Shown here in pieces: positions 1 to 8,221 of a stretch of 43,574 nt of DNA. Below the pieces are notes generated by a model that saw nothing but the letters and a program-made list of their open reading frames with translations, was not told the DNA's origin and made no database searches. The position numbers and the translations under genes are program-made. Positions within the stretch are counted from its first letter, which is position 1. Each line of letters begins with the position of its first letter. Origin of the DNA: a virus (Duplodnaviria > Heunggongvirae > Uroviricota > Caudoviricetes); IMG/VR virus record IMGVR_UViG_2718217869_000002, positions 1 through 43,574 of that record; one strand, 5' to 3'.

Positions 1-1248
1 ATGGCACTGAATATTCCATTCAGAAATGCGTACTATCGTTTTGCATCCAGTTACTCATTTCTCTTTTTTATTTCCTGGTCGCTGTGGTGGTCGTTATACG
101 CTATTTGGCTGAAAGGACATCTAGGATTAACAGGGACGGAATTAGGTACACTTTATTCGGTCAACCAGTTTACCAGCATTCTATTTATGATGTTCTACGG
201 CATCGTTCAGGATAAACTCGGTCTGAAGAAACCGCTCATCTGGTGTATGAGTTTCATTCTGGTCTTGACCGGACCGTTTATGATTTACGTTTATGAACCG
301 TTACTGCAAAGCAATTTTTCTGTAGGTCTAATTCTGGGGGCGCTCTTTTTTGGCCTGGGGTATCTGGCGGGATGCGGTTTGCTTGACAGCTTCACCGAAA
401 AAATGGCGCGAAATTTTCATTTCGAATATGGAACAGCGCGCGCCTGGGGATCTTTTGGCTATGCTATTGGCGCGTTCTTTGCCGGTATATTTTTTAGTAT
501 CAGTCCCCATATCAACTTCTGGTTGGTCTCGCTATTTGGCGCTGTATTTATGATGATCAACATGCGTTTTAAAGATAAGGATCACCAGTGCATAGCGGCG
601 GATGCGGGAGGGGTAAAAAAAGAGGATTTTATCGCAGTTTTCAAGGATCGAAACTTCTGGGTTTTTGTCATATTTATTGTGGGGACGTGGTCTTTCTATA
701 ACATTTTTGATCAACAACTCTTTCCTGTCTTTTATGCAGGTTTATTCGAATCACACGATGTAGGAACGCGCCTGTATGGTTATCTCAACTCATTCCAGGT
801 GGTACTCGAAGCGCTGTGCATGGCGATTATTCCTTTCTTTGTGAATCGGGTAGGGCCAAAAAATGCATTACTTATCGGTGTTGTGATTATGGCGTTGCGT
901 ATCCTTTCCTGCGCGTTGTTCGTTAACCCCTGGATTATTTCATTAGTGAAGCTGTTACATGCCATTGAGGTTCCACTTTGTGTCATATCCGTCTTCAAAT
1001 ACAGCGTGGCAAACTTTGATAAGCGCCTGTCGTCGACGATCTTTCTGATTGGTTTTCAAATTGCCAGTTCGCTTGGGATTGTGCTGCTTTCAACGCCGAC
1101 TGGGATACTCTTTGACCACGCAGGCTACCAGACAGTTTTCTTCGCAATTTCGGGTATTGTCTGCCTGATGTTGCTATTTGGCATTTTCTTCCTGAGTAAA
1201 AAACGCGAGCAAATAGTTATGGAAACGCCTATACCTTCAGCAATATAG
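1..1248 (+). CDS. cscB: Sucrose:H+ symporter (LacY-family oligosaccharide permease, MFS)
   Basis: 415-aa hydrophobic 12-TM-like protein; sequence recognised as E. coli sucrose permease CscB; ORF starts at nt 1 and is complete. Confidence 0.85.
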   Translation: MALNIPFRNAYYRFASSYSFLFFISWSLWWSLYAIWLKGHLGLTGTELGTLYSVNQFTSILFMMFYGIVQDKLGLKKPLIWCMSFILVLTGPFMIYVYEPLLQSNFSVGLILGALFFGLGYLAGCGLLDSFTEKMARNFHFEYGTARAWGSFGYAIGAFFAGIFFSISPHINFWLVSLFGAVFMMINMRFKDKDHQCIAADAGGVKKEDFIAVFKDRNFWVFVIFIVGTWSFYNIFDQQLFPVFYAGLFESHDVGTRLYGYLNSFQVVLEALCMAIIPFFVNRVGPKNALLIGVVIMALRILSCALFVNPWIISLVKLLHAIEVPLCVISVFKYSVANFDKRLSSTIFLIGFQIASSLGIVLLSTPTGILFDHAGYQTVFFAISGIVCLMLLFGIFFLSKKREQIVMETPIPSAI

Positions 1249-1689
1249 ACGTAAACTTTTTCCGGTTGTTGTCGATATCTCCATATCCCTCAACCGGAAA
1301 ATAATAATACAAAAATGCTTAGCCCAACTAATAATCACCTAATCCAAACGCCTCATTCATGTTCTGGTACAGTCGCTCAAATGTACTCCGGATACGCGGT
1401 TCGCTGATTTCCAGGACATTGTCGTCATTCAGCGACCTGTCCCGAGTATCACGGGCCTGCGAATTCATCAAGGAATGCATTGCAGAGTGAAGTATCGAGT
1501 CACGCCATATTTCGCTATCAGGATTCTGTATGATGGTTACATCGCCCGGCCCAGGGCTGTTTAGTCATCAGCGCTTTCTGACAGTGCTGAGATTTCAACC
1601 TGTTGCAGTAAAAATGAGTAGATATAGGGCAAGTGTGCTGCCAAACCCATCTTTTACGGGGTGAAGGTAGATATTGTTAGAAGGGTATC

Positions 1690-1704
1690 TGGTGTCCCCT
1701 GCAG
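1690..1704 (-). other. Putative prophage attachment-site core (attR): 15-nt copy of the 3' end of tRNA-Arg argW
   Basis: Minus-strand reads CTGCAGGGGACACCA, matching the remembered 3' end of argW; lies between the chromosomal flank and the excisionase gene; integrase is at the opposite end. Confidence 0.5.
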
Positions 1705-1777
1705 ACATCTACTTGAAGCGGCAGGGGGTTGATTGGAATGGTGTTTTTTAGATGTGATAAATATTTTACCCGCTATT

Positions 1778-1978
1778 TTACCCATTGGCGCGGCTTAAGA
1801 GCTTATTTTTGAATTCACAATGGTCACGATATAACCATCTTGCTCGACCGTGGATAACTTTGGCTTTTGGCAGGTCGCCGGACTTAATCCGGTCATAGAT
1901 GAAGGTTTTACCAAAGCCAGTATCGGCCATGATGAATTTCAAATCAACCAGTGAATCAGGCTGTAGTTCGTGTTGCAT
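1778..1978 (-). CDS. torI: AlpA/TorI-family excisionase and transcriptional regulator
   Basis: 66-aa protein MQHELQPDSLVDLKFIMADTGFGKTF..., recognised as TorI (KplE1/CPS-53 excisionase) type; located next to the att core. Confidence 0.8.
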   Translation of the reverse strand: MQHELQPDSLVDLKFIMADTGFGKTFIYDRIKSGDLPKAKVIHGRARWLYRDHCEFKNKLLSRANG

Positions 1979-2102
1979 GAGTGCTATCTCCGAATAGGGA
2001 ATCGAACCTGCAAATCAGGCAATAAAAAACCGCATTGATGCGGCGATGTTATGTCTGGATATATTGAGAAATGAACAGGCCTCATCGAGTGTGAGGCTGT
2101 GG

Positions 2103-2474
2103 TTAGTCATTGCGTAACTCGCTAATTCTTTTGTAAGTCTCTGGTGCTTTGTTTCCGTGTATCTTCATTTCTGACTTCAACAGAGCAACGAGGGAATCCC
2201 ATTCGTTGAGGATGCCTTTGAATGCCGGAACGCGCTTTGCAACCTTGTCGAATGAATCTCTGATTTCTGGAATCTGCTCGACAAGCGCAACGCATCGTCG
2301 GAAATCGGCTGCGTCATGTGGAGCGCCGAAGTGATGACCATAGATATTCTTTTTCAGTCCACATGCGATTGAGGCAAGAGTTGCGCTACTGATGCCGACA
2401 TCGCCAGTCGATTGCCATTTCAAAACCTTCATAGCCAAATCTGACATTTCTTGTCTCCAATAAAAAACCGCCAT
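2103..2474 (-). CDS. Hypothetical phage protein
   Basis: ORF with start overlapping the stop of the upstream ORF (TGATG); alternative start ATG at 2447 with a GGAG RBS; no recognisable family. Confidence 0.5.
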   Translation of the reverse strand: MAVFYWRQEMSDLAMKVLKWQSTGDVGISSATLASIACGLKKNIYGHHFGAPHDAADFRRCVALVEQIPEIRDSFDKVAKRVPAFKGILNEWDSLVALLKSEMKIHGNKAPETYKRISELRND

Positions 2475-2481
2475 CAGGCGG
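2460..2481 (-). terminator. Putative intrinsic terminator or attenuator in the leftward early operon
   Basis: Minus-strand hairpin CCGCC-TGAT-GGCGG followed by TTTTTT; overlaps the stop codon of the 55-aa ORF. Confidence 0.35.
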
Positions 2482-2641
2482 CATGGTGTTCTTTCAGTTC
2501 TTCAATTCGAATATTGGTTACGTCTGCATGCGCTATCTGCGCCCATATCATCCAGTGGTCATAGCAGTCGTTGATGTTCTCTGCTTCGATAACTCTGTTG
2601 AATGGCTCTCCATTCCATTCACCTGTCACCCGGAAGTGCAT
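2474..2641 (-). CDS. Small hypothetical phage protein (55 aa)
   Basis: ORF MHFRVTGEWNGEPFNRVIEAENINDCYDHWMIWAQ...; below the ORF-track cutoff; in operon context. Confidence 0.4.
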   Translation of the reverse strand: MHFRVTGEWNGEPFNRVIEAENINDCYDHWMIWAQIAHADVTNIRIEELKEHHAA

Positions 2642-2713
2642 TTATCATCTCCATAAAACAAAACTCGCCGTAGCGAGTTCAGATAAAAGAAATCCCCGCG
2701 AATGCGAGGATTG

Positions 2714-2998
2714 TTATTCAGTGCCGATATTCACCTTTATCGCGAACACCTTTACCGGTTTATCGCCGAAGTGGGGATGTGTGATTGTCTTGATTTCATA
2801 TCCGTCATACGGAATATCAATTCTGCGGCTGGAATCGTCGCGCTTCGGATATCCCTTTGTGATAATCAGACGGTCATACTTTCGGAACATAATTCGCTTA
2901 TTCCAATAGTCATTACACAGGCGATACTCTTCCGTTTTCTCTCCGCGAATCATGGCATCGAAGTATTCACCTTTAACGGCAAGTTGCAGGTTAGCCAC
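2714..2998 (-). CDS. Hypothetical phage protein, possibly ASCH/PUA-like fold
   Basis: 94 aa; GTG start preceded by strong AGGAGG RBS; residue pattern resembles small ASCH-domain proteins (weak, from memory). Confidence 0.5.
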   Translation of the reverse strand: MANLQLAVKGEYFDAMIRGEKTEEYRLCNDYWNKRIMFRKYDRLIITKGYPKRDDSSRRIDIPYDGYEIKTITHPHFGDKPVKVFAIKVNIGTE

Positions 2999-3611
2999 GG
3001 TTAACCTCCTGCGGCGGCTCCGGTAGCGGCATCCAGTGAGTTATTTCATCGGCAAAGATATCTGAGTTAAGTTCCGTCCAACTATTCCAATACCCAGATT
3101 CATCCCACCATTTAACCTCGACATGCTCGCCGTCGGTCACTAACACATCAGCATACCCTTTCGGCATTCGCTCACTACAGCTTATCCAACTATCCGGAGT
3201 TACCGGAGAGTTGCCAGATAGCTCGTTCAACTTGTAAGTTTGGCTTACAGGTTCGGCACCATGAAGCATGGCGGCGCGGCAGGCATTCCAGCCTCTCACC
3301 TCTGCAATAGCGGCAACAGCATCGACCGCGTACATGCTAAGAGGGTTAGGCATTGTTTTTTCTTCAGGTACTACTGGCACTGGAGGGGCGGCATAAACAG
3401 GAATAACGTCCGCTTGCTCTTTATTGCTTTCATCCGTTAAAGCCCAGAATAATTTCCCGGCCGGATGTTTGAAAATATAAGCAACTGGATCTGCTTCCAG
3501 CGATGCCAGAGCAATTTCATAAGCACGGCGCTCAATATTGTCTCGAACGTCCAAGCTGCCTATGCGCTCTTTGATTTCTTTAATCAGTTCTTTGTCGGTA
3601 AAAGTGGTCAT
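2991..3611 (-). CDS. DUF551-like phage protein
   Basis: C-terminal motif ...WISCSERMP...WW...YW...ITHWMPLPEPP typical of DUF551 proteins of lambdoid early-left regions; start ATG at 3611 just after upstream stop. Confidence 0.6.
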   Translation of the reverse strand: MTTFTDKELIKEIKERIGSLDVRDNIERRAYEIALASLEADPVAYIFKHPAGKLFWALTDESNKEQADVIPVYAAPPVPVVPEEKTMPNPLSMYAVDAVAAIAEVRGWNACRAAMLHGAEPVSQTYKLNELSGNSPVTPDSWISCSERMPKGYADVLVTDGEHVEVKWWDESGYWNSWTELNSDIFADEITHWMPLPEPPQEVNRG

Positions 3612-3612
3612 A

Positions 3613-4320
3613 TCACTCTCCTTTGATGCGAATGCCAGCAAGCCAGTTTCTTATGCCGATATATTCAGCGTTCCTGAAACCGCTTTTTACATATATAAAT
3701 GGCAAGCGAAGATTGTGACCATTGACTGCCAGGTAGTCTTTACAACCCTGTTCGGTGAAACAGCAGGTAACGAATTCATCAATATCTTTCACAGCAACGC
3801 GCCGCCATTTTTCTGGTGGCTCTCGAAAGTTTTCGTGAAGTAGTTCGAGACGACGACTTTGGCGTTTATTGGCTTCATTGCCATCTTCATCAACCCAGAC
3901 AATCCGGTCATAGTCATAATCAGCATCAACAACGATTTCGCGCTTTTGATACACACAAAACATAGGGTCTGACGTTATTCGATTATCCTGTGTTCGAATA
4001 TTTTCACCGATGATGCCAAACGAATCTGGTGCAGAGTTTGTCTGCAACTCTTCGATACGTTCAGCCATAGCAGCACACTCTTCAAAGTTGCTTAATTCTT
4101 TTCGCTCCCATTCGGCGCATTGTTTTTCCAGTTCTGCTATGCGCTTACTCCCATCCGAGATAACGCCCTCGTAATACTCACGCTGCTCGTTGAGTTTTGA
4201 TTCAAGTTCACCGAACTTACGGACAAGATATTCAGCGTTTGTTTCGTTAACCTTTAAATCTCGTGGGAAGCATTTACCTTTCAGGAATCCATCCATCTCA
4301 ATTAGTGACATTTGTTTCAT
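3613..4320 (-). CDS. Hypothetical phage protein with N-terminal coiled coil (ea-region type)
   Basis: 235-aa ORF; heptad-like charged N-terminal half, Cys/aromatic-rich C-terminal half; start overlaps upstream stop (ATGA). Confidence 0.55.
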   Translation of the reverse strand: MKQMSLIEMDGFLKGKCFPRDLKVNETNAEYLVRKFGELESKLNEQREYYEGVISDGSKRIAELEKQCAEWERKELSNFEECAAMAERIEELQTNSAPDSFGIIGENIRTQDNRITSDPMFCVYQKREIVVDADYDYDRIVWVDEDGNEANKRQSRRLELLHENFREPPEKWRRVAVKDIDEFVTCCFTEQGCKDYLAVNGHNLRLPFIYVKSGFRNAEYIGIRNWLAGIRIKGE

Positions 4321-4481
4321 TTCTTCCCACTCCGCAACATCGCATTCAGATATTTGTTTTGATTTACTGATGGAAAAGAATTTCTCTTAAGCAATTCCTC
4401 TCTCGATGGCATTGGCTTTACGCGTTGGCGAATAATCATTTCTGCCGGAAGAATGCCGGGATTGTATGCAAGTCCTCTCAT
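4317..4481 (-). CDS. Small hypothetical phage protein (54 aa)
   Basis: ORF bracketed by ATGA overlaps with both neighbours (translational coupling). Confidence 0.4.
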   Translation of the reverse strand: MRGLAYNPGILPAEMIIRQRVKPMPSREELLKRNSFPSVNQNKYLNAMLRSGKK

Positions 4482-4786
4482 GATTTACTCTCCATGAACT
4501 GGTCAACAGCCATGCTAAGTGATACACCTAACGTCTCGATATGCTGCTGAATATCCTGTAGCGTCTGCGCCTGAGATAACAGGATTTCACGGTTGCATAA
4601 CTCTTTAACCAGATGCTCAAACTTGCTGTAATAACCGATACGACTGAGCGTTTCTTTCCCTGCATTCTCGCCTTCTTTGATAATTCCTCTTTCGCTAAGA
4701 ATCAGGTCGTGTTTGGTTCCGGTAATAACGTATTTTCCGAGGTCGATGTTTAGCTTCATTGTTTTCATTGTTAATTCCTCAGTCAT
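4478..4786 (-). CDS. Hypothetical phage protein
   Basis: 102 aa from ATG at 4786 ([12 protein letters not shown]...), overlapping stop of upstream ORF; longer ORF in track is probably shadow extension. Confidence 0.5.
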   Translation of the reverse strand: MTEELTMKTMKLNIDLGKYVITGTKHDLILSERGIIKEGENAGKETLSRIGYYSKFEHLVKELCNREILLSQAQTLQDIQQHIETLGVSLSMAVDQFMESKS

Positions 4787-5072
4787 TACTGATAGCGCCA
4801 TAGCGTGAGCGGTAATTACGCAGGCGCGGGTCAATTTCAGGGAAGTGGGTATATGTGGCTTTGTGGAATGGTCGGATTGATGTCTGGTAAATTCGCTCGC
4901 GTTCTTCTTTCTCTGCAAGCCATATACAATGGCGAAATTCCTTTTCCTCTTTCGTTTCCTGCGGTAGCGACATTATCCGATCGTAGTTTTTTCTGAATTT
5001 ATCCAGCACCTCCGATACGGAATTGCCGGAACAGCGGCGCGGGTCATCCGCACCATACAGAGGCGCTGGCAT
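4779..5072 (-). CDS. Hypothetical phage protein
   Basis: 97-aa ORF in co-directional early-left operon. Confidence 0.5.
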   Translation of the reverse strand: MPAPLYGADDPRRCSGNSVSEVLDKFRKNYDRIMSLPQETKEEKEFRHCIWLAEKEERERIYQTSIRPFHKATYTHFPEIDPRLRNYRSRYGAISND

Positions 5073-5088
5073 GGTTTTCTCCTGTTGA

Positions 5089-5637
5089 TTATTTAGCTAA
5101 CTTTTTCCAGATCGCTGAAACGTATTTGGCTTGGTGAATGGCATCATCAAGCGCGTTGTGGCGAGTTCCTTTGAATGGCATATCTCGCTTAGGGTCGAAT
5201 CCTATTACCTTTCCAAGCTCGACGATTGTTCTTACGTCGCGGTCATTCCACCACTGCCACGGAACTGGCCGCCCTGTCAGCGAATAACTGTTGCGGAGAA
5301 TAACGCAGTCAAATGATGCTCCATTCCCCCAAACCTGAACGAATTTGTGGTTAGCGTTCTTTATGATGAATTCAGATAACCATGAAAGAGCCGTTGAAAG
5401 CTCTTGAGTGTTGCTGGTTAGCGATTTTCTGGCTTCTTCACTCTGTTCCATCCACCATAAAATCGTTGAAGCGTCAGGACGCGCCCGATATCGCATTGAT
5501 GACTCAAGCGAGATATTTACCGAGAACTCTTCTCCTGTTTCTCCGGTATTCGGGTCAAAGAATACCGCCCCAATAGAAATAACTGGCGCGTATGGCCCGT
5601 TGCCCATTGTTTCAAGGTCAACCATTAAGTGATTCAT
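5089..5637 (-). CDS. Phage 3'-5' exonuclease (DnaQ-like/DEDD fold)
   Basis: 182 aa; N-terminal MVDLETMG motif and downstream acidic/His motifs typical of DEDDh exonucleases; adjacent to ssb and annealase genes. Confidence 0.65.
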   Translation of the reverse strand: MNHLMVDLETMGNGPYAPVISIGAVFFDPNTGETGEEFSVNISLESSMRYRARPDASTILWWMEQSEEARKSLTSNTQELSTALSWLSEFIIKNANHKFVQVWGNGASFDCVILRNSYSLTGRPVPWQWWNDRDVRTIVELGKVIGFDPKRDMPFKGTRHNALDDAIHQAKYVSAIWKKLAK

Positions 5638-5645
5638 GTAAGTCC

Positions 5646-6152
5646 TTAAATTGCGTGAATAGCGTGACGAGGGAAGGGGAGAGTTACTGGTGCAAAGGGT
5701 ATATCGTCGTCAAAATCCATCGGAGGTTCGTTGTGTTGTGCTGGTGATGATTGCTGCTGTGGCTTCTGTGATTGCCTGCTGGCTGCTTGTTGTTTGCTGT
5801 CGCCAATGCCGCCAAGCATTTGCATCACGCCATTAATTCCGACATGAACCTCGGTTGTGTAACGGTCTTGCCCTGACTGGTCTTTCCACTTTCTGGTTCT
5901 CAGCATTCCCTCGAAATAAATCTGATCACCTTTTTTCACATACTGCCCCACGACCTCAGCCAGTTTCCCGGATACAGCAACACGATGCCATTCAGTCAAT
6001 TCCTTTTGCTCGCCAGTATTTTTATCTCGCCATTGTTCTGACGTGGCTATTGTCAGGTTAGCGAACGCTGTTCCTGATGGTGAGTATCGAACTTCCGGGT
6101 CTTGTCCTACCCGACCAAGGATAATCACCTTATTTACGCCTCTGCTTGCCAT
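5646..6152 (-). CDS. ssb: Single-stranded DNA-binding protein
   Basis: OB-fold N-terminus highly similar to E. coli SSB, Gln/Pro-rich linker, acidic DFDDDIPF motif; here followed by 15 extra residues. Confidence 0.85.
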   Translation of the reverse strand: MASRGVNKVIILGRVGQDPEVRYSPSGTAFANLTIATSEQWRDKNTGEQKELTEWHRVAVSGKLAEVVGQYVKKGDQIYFEGMLRTRKWKDQSGQDRYTTEVHVGINGVMQMLGGIGDSKQQAASRQSQKPQQQSSPAQHNEPPMDFDDDIPFAPVTLPFPRHAIHAI

Positions 6153-6860
6153 TTATGCCGCCTGTTTTAGTTCGTTAACTCTGATGTTCATTACCTGAAC
6201 GCATTTAGCCTGCGCATCCTCATTGCCAGCCATTAATTGCCAGTCATGCTGATAACGTTCTATGAGTTTTTTCTTGTCAGTTTCTGTTGATGCATAATCG
6301 CTGAAGTCTTTCAGGATTTGTTCGCAGTCAACCGATGGAGATTTCTGGTTGGTATTTTCTGGTGATGGTTTGTTATCTGATGCTGGGATTGCCCATCCCG
6401 GCAGCGATGGAGGGAGCCAGTAAAATCCTGTTCCATCTTTCAGTTTTGCCCTGTGCCATCCCTGCTTTTTATCGAGAGATGTTTGTGCGAAACCTTCCTC
6501 AAGGTTATACAGATACCGACCGATTCCCCATTGAACGGCAGCACGCTTCATTGCACCGGAACGACCACCTTTGACGGCTTCTACCTGCGTGTTTTCAGCA
6601 GCATCCCATTTGGTTACCCATTCGGAATCAATCTTTATCGATATGCCGCATTCAACGCCGCCGTTGTTGGGAATATCGCGGTATTCATTGCGCCATCCTG
6701 CTTTGCCGCAAACATCGTCCAGGCGCTTCATGATTGCCCGGTTCGTGACATAAGCCAGCACCATAGCCCACACTTTGCCATCGCGTGTTTTACCGCTTTG
6801 CTGTATTCGCCATTCGATATCTTCAGGGCTGAATGGCTCATCGAATTTATTCAAATCCAT
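6153..6860 (-). CDS. Rad52-like single-strand annealing protein (recombinase)
   Basis: 235 aa; motif KRAAVQWGIGRYLY characteristic of Rad52/Sak-type phage annealases; genomic context with ssb and exonuclease. Confidence 0.7.
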   Translation of the reverse strand: MDLNKFDEPFSPEDIEWRIQQSGKTRDGKVWAMVLAYVTNRAIMKRLDDVCGKAGWRNEYRDIPNNGGVECGISIKIDSEWVTKWDAAENTQVEAVKGGRSGAMKRAAVQWGIGRYLYNLEEGFAQTSLDKKQGWHRAKLKDGTGFYWLPPSLPGWAIPASDNKPSPENTNQKSPSVDCEQILKDFSDYASTETDKKKLIERYQHDWQLMAGNEDAQAKCVQVMNIRVNELKQAA

Positions 6861-6947
6861 AATTCACCTCAGAATGGACATGGCCCAAGGAAATAACGCT
6901 GATTTAATACTTCAGTCTTTGCCGCATTTAAAAATACGCGAACACCT

Positions 6948-7118
6948 TCACGATCTCCCTTCTGGCGATACATTAACGCCTGCTGCGTGTACATGCGTCT
7001 CTGTAACTTGCTCTCCTTCACTGTGGTTGCAAGTGACATGAATATCTCCTTCGTTACCGATTAAATCTTTCATCTGACGAATGAATTCTTCGTCTGACCA
7101 GTTATCTGTAAAACTCAT
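6948..7118 (-). CDS. Small hypothetical protein (56 aa)
   Basis: ATG at 7118 overlaps cIII stop (ATGA); position between cIII and recombination genes (kil/gam position in lambda) but no sequence similarity recognised. Confidence 0.4.
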   Translation of the reverse strand: MSFTDNWSDEEFIRQMKDLIGNEGDIHVTCNHSEGEQVTETHVHAAGVNVSPEGRS

Positions 7119-7285
7119 GGACGGCCTTGTTGTTTCAAAATATCCCAAAGCTTTTCGAGCAAACTTTTCATTCTTGGTTGTTTAAAGTCTGCTCCGGTTA
7201 AAATGTTTTTTCGTGAATGCTGTACCGATAAAATCGGGTTGAAAGGGCGAACCGATGCCGCCCCTGCAATAGCGAACTGTTGCAT
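7115..7285 (-). CDS. cIII: CIII-like protein (FtsH inhibitor, stabiliser of CII)
   Basis: 56 aa MQQFAIAGAASVRPF...LEKLWDILKQQGRP resembles lambda CIII (MQYAIAGW...LIDILNQPGVP); AAGGAG RBS. Confidence 0.65.
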   Translation of the reverse strand: MQQFAIAGAASVRPFNPILSVQHSRKNILTGADFKQPRMKSLLEKLWDILKQQGRP

Positions 7286-7524
7286 AGGATGCTCCTTCTG
7301 TTTGATTGCATAACGAAAACGCCTCGAGTGAAGCGTTATTGGTATGCATATAAAAAGGCCCTCACACTGGAGGGCAAAGAAGATTTCCAATAATCAGAAC
7401 AAGTCGGCTCCTGTTTGGTTACGAGCGACATTGCTCCGTGTATTCACTCGTTGGAATGAATACACAGTGCTGTGTTTATTCTGTTGTTTATGCCAAAAAT
7501 AAAGGCCGACTATGCGGCCATCAC

Positions 7525-7713
7525 TTAAATTTCCTTCCATCCCCAATCAAGCGTTTCAAATGCTACATCACGCATGTTTTCGTCTTTTTCGTCCTGATCC
7601 ATTTCATTCCACTCATTCTCGGATAAGCCAAGATCATCGAGTGTTACAACTGTCTTTTTGCAAGAATGAATGTTTGCGCCGGAATCCAACCAAATTTCAA
7701 ATTTACGTTCCAT
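7525..7713 (-). CDS. Small acidic hypothetical protein
   Basis: 62-aa ORF with GAGGTG RBS immediately downstream of N. Confidence 0.45.
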   Translation of the reverse strand: MERKFEIWLDSGANIHSCKKTVVTLDDLGLSENEWNEMDQDEKDENMRDVAFETLDWGWKEI

Positions 7714-7721
7714 ATATCACC

Positions 7722-8027
7722 TCAAATAAGTGGTTTGCTGCCTAATTTCATTTTCTGGCGACCAACACATGTCACACCCATTTCACTGCGCGGCTTGCTG
7801 TACCATGTGCGCTGATTCTTGCGCTCAATACGTTGCAGGTTGCTTTCAATCTGTTCGTGGTATTCAGCCAGCACTGTAAGGTCTATCGGATTCAGTGCGC
7901 TTTCTACTCGTGATTTCGGTTTGCGATTCAGCGAGAGAATAGGGCGGTTAACTGGTTTTGCGCTTACCCCAACCAACAGGGGATTTGCTGCTTTCCATTG
8001 AGCCTGTTTCTCTGCGCGACGTTCGCG
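7722..8027 (-). pseudogene. N: Antitermination protein N, 3' portion (disrupted by IS insertion)
   Basis: Translation from ...ERRAEKQAQWKAANPLLVGVSAKPVNRPILSLNRKPKSRVESALNPIDLTVLAEYH... closely matches lambda N; reading frame upstream continues into IS terminal repeat. Confidence 0.85.
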
Positions 8028-8221
8028 TTGCGTATTTTCATGAAAGGAGATCACTCAATAACTTCCATCGAGATCGGGTAATAACATTTGAACAGATCGC
8101 TGAATAACATCGATGGAGATCACTTTTGACTCATTTTGTTATTCAGTGATCTCCATCAATGTTATTGGAACTTCACAGGTGTGTTGATCTGTATCTTTTG
8201 CCATTCCGGTAAAGGATACCT

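Noticed and set aside
1258-1300. Hairpin after cscB as intrinsic terminator
   Set aside because: 7-bp stem but loop of about 22 nt and no U-tract; not convincing.
1320-1560. Short minus-strand reading frame (about 50-75 codons) between cscB and the att core
   Set aside because: Below ORF cutoff, no clear start or RBS; could be a remnant of a flanking chromosomal gene but cannot be supported from sequence alone.
1981-2013. Possible tRNA gene (GGTTCGATTCC T-loop-like motif on minus strand)
   Set aside because: Only about 16 nt of T-arm-like sequence; no acceptor stem, anticodon arm or CCA-end context; abuts the torI start codon.
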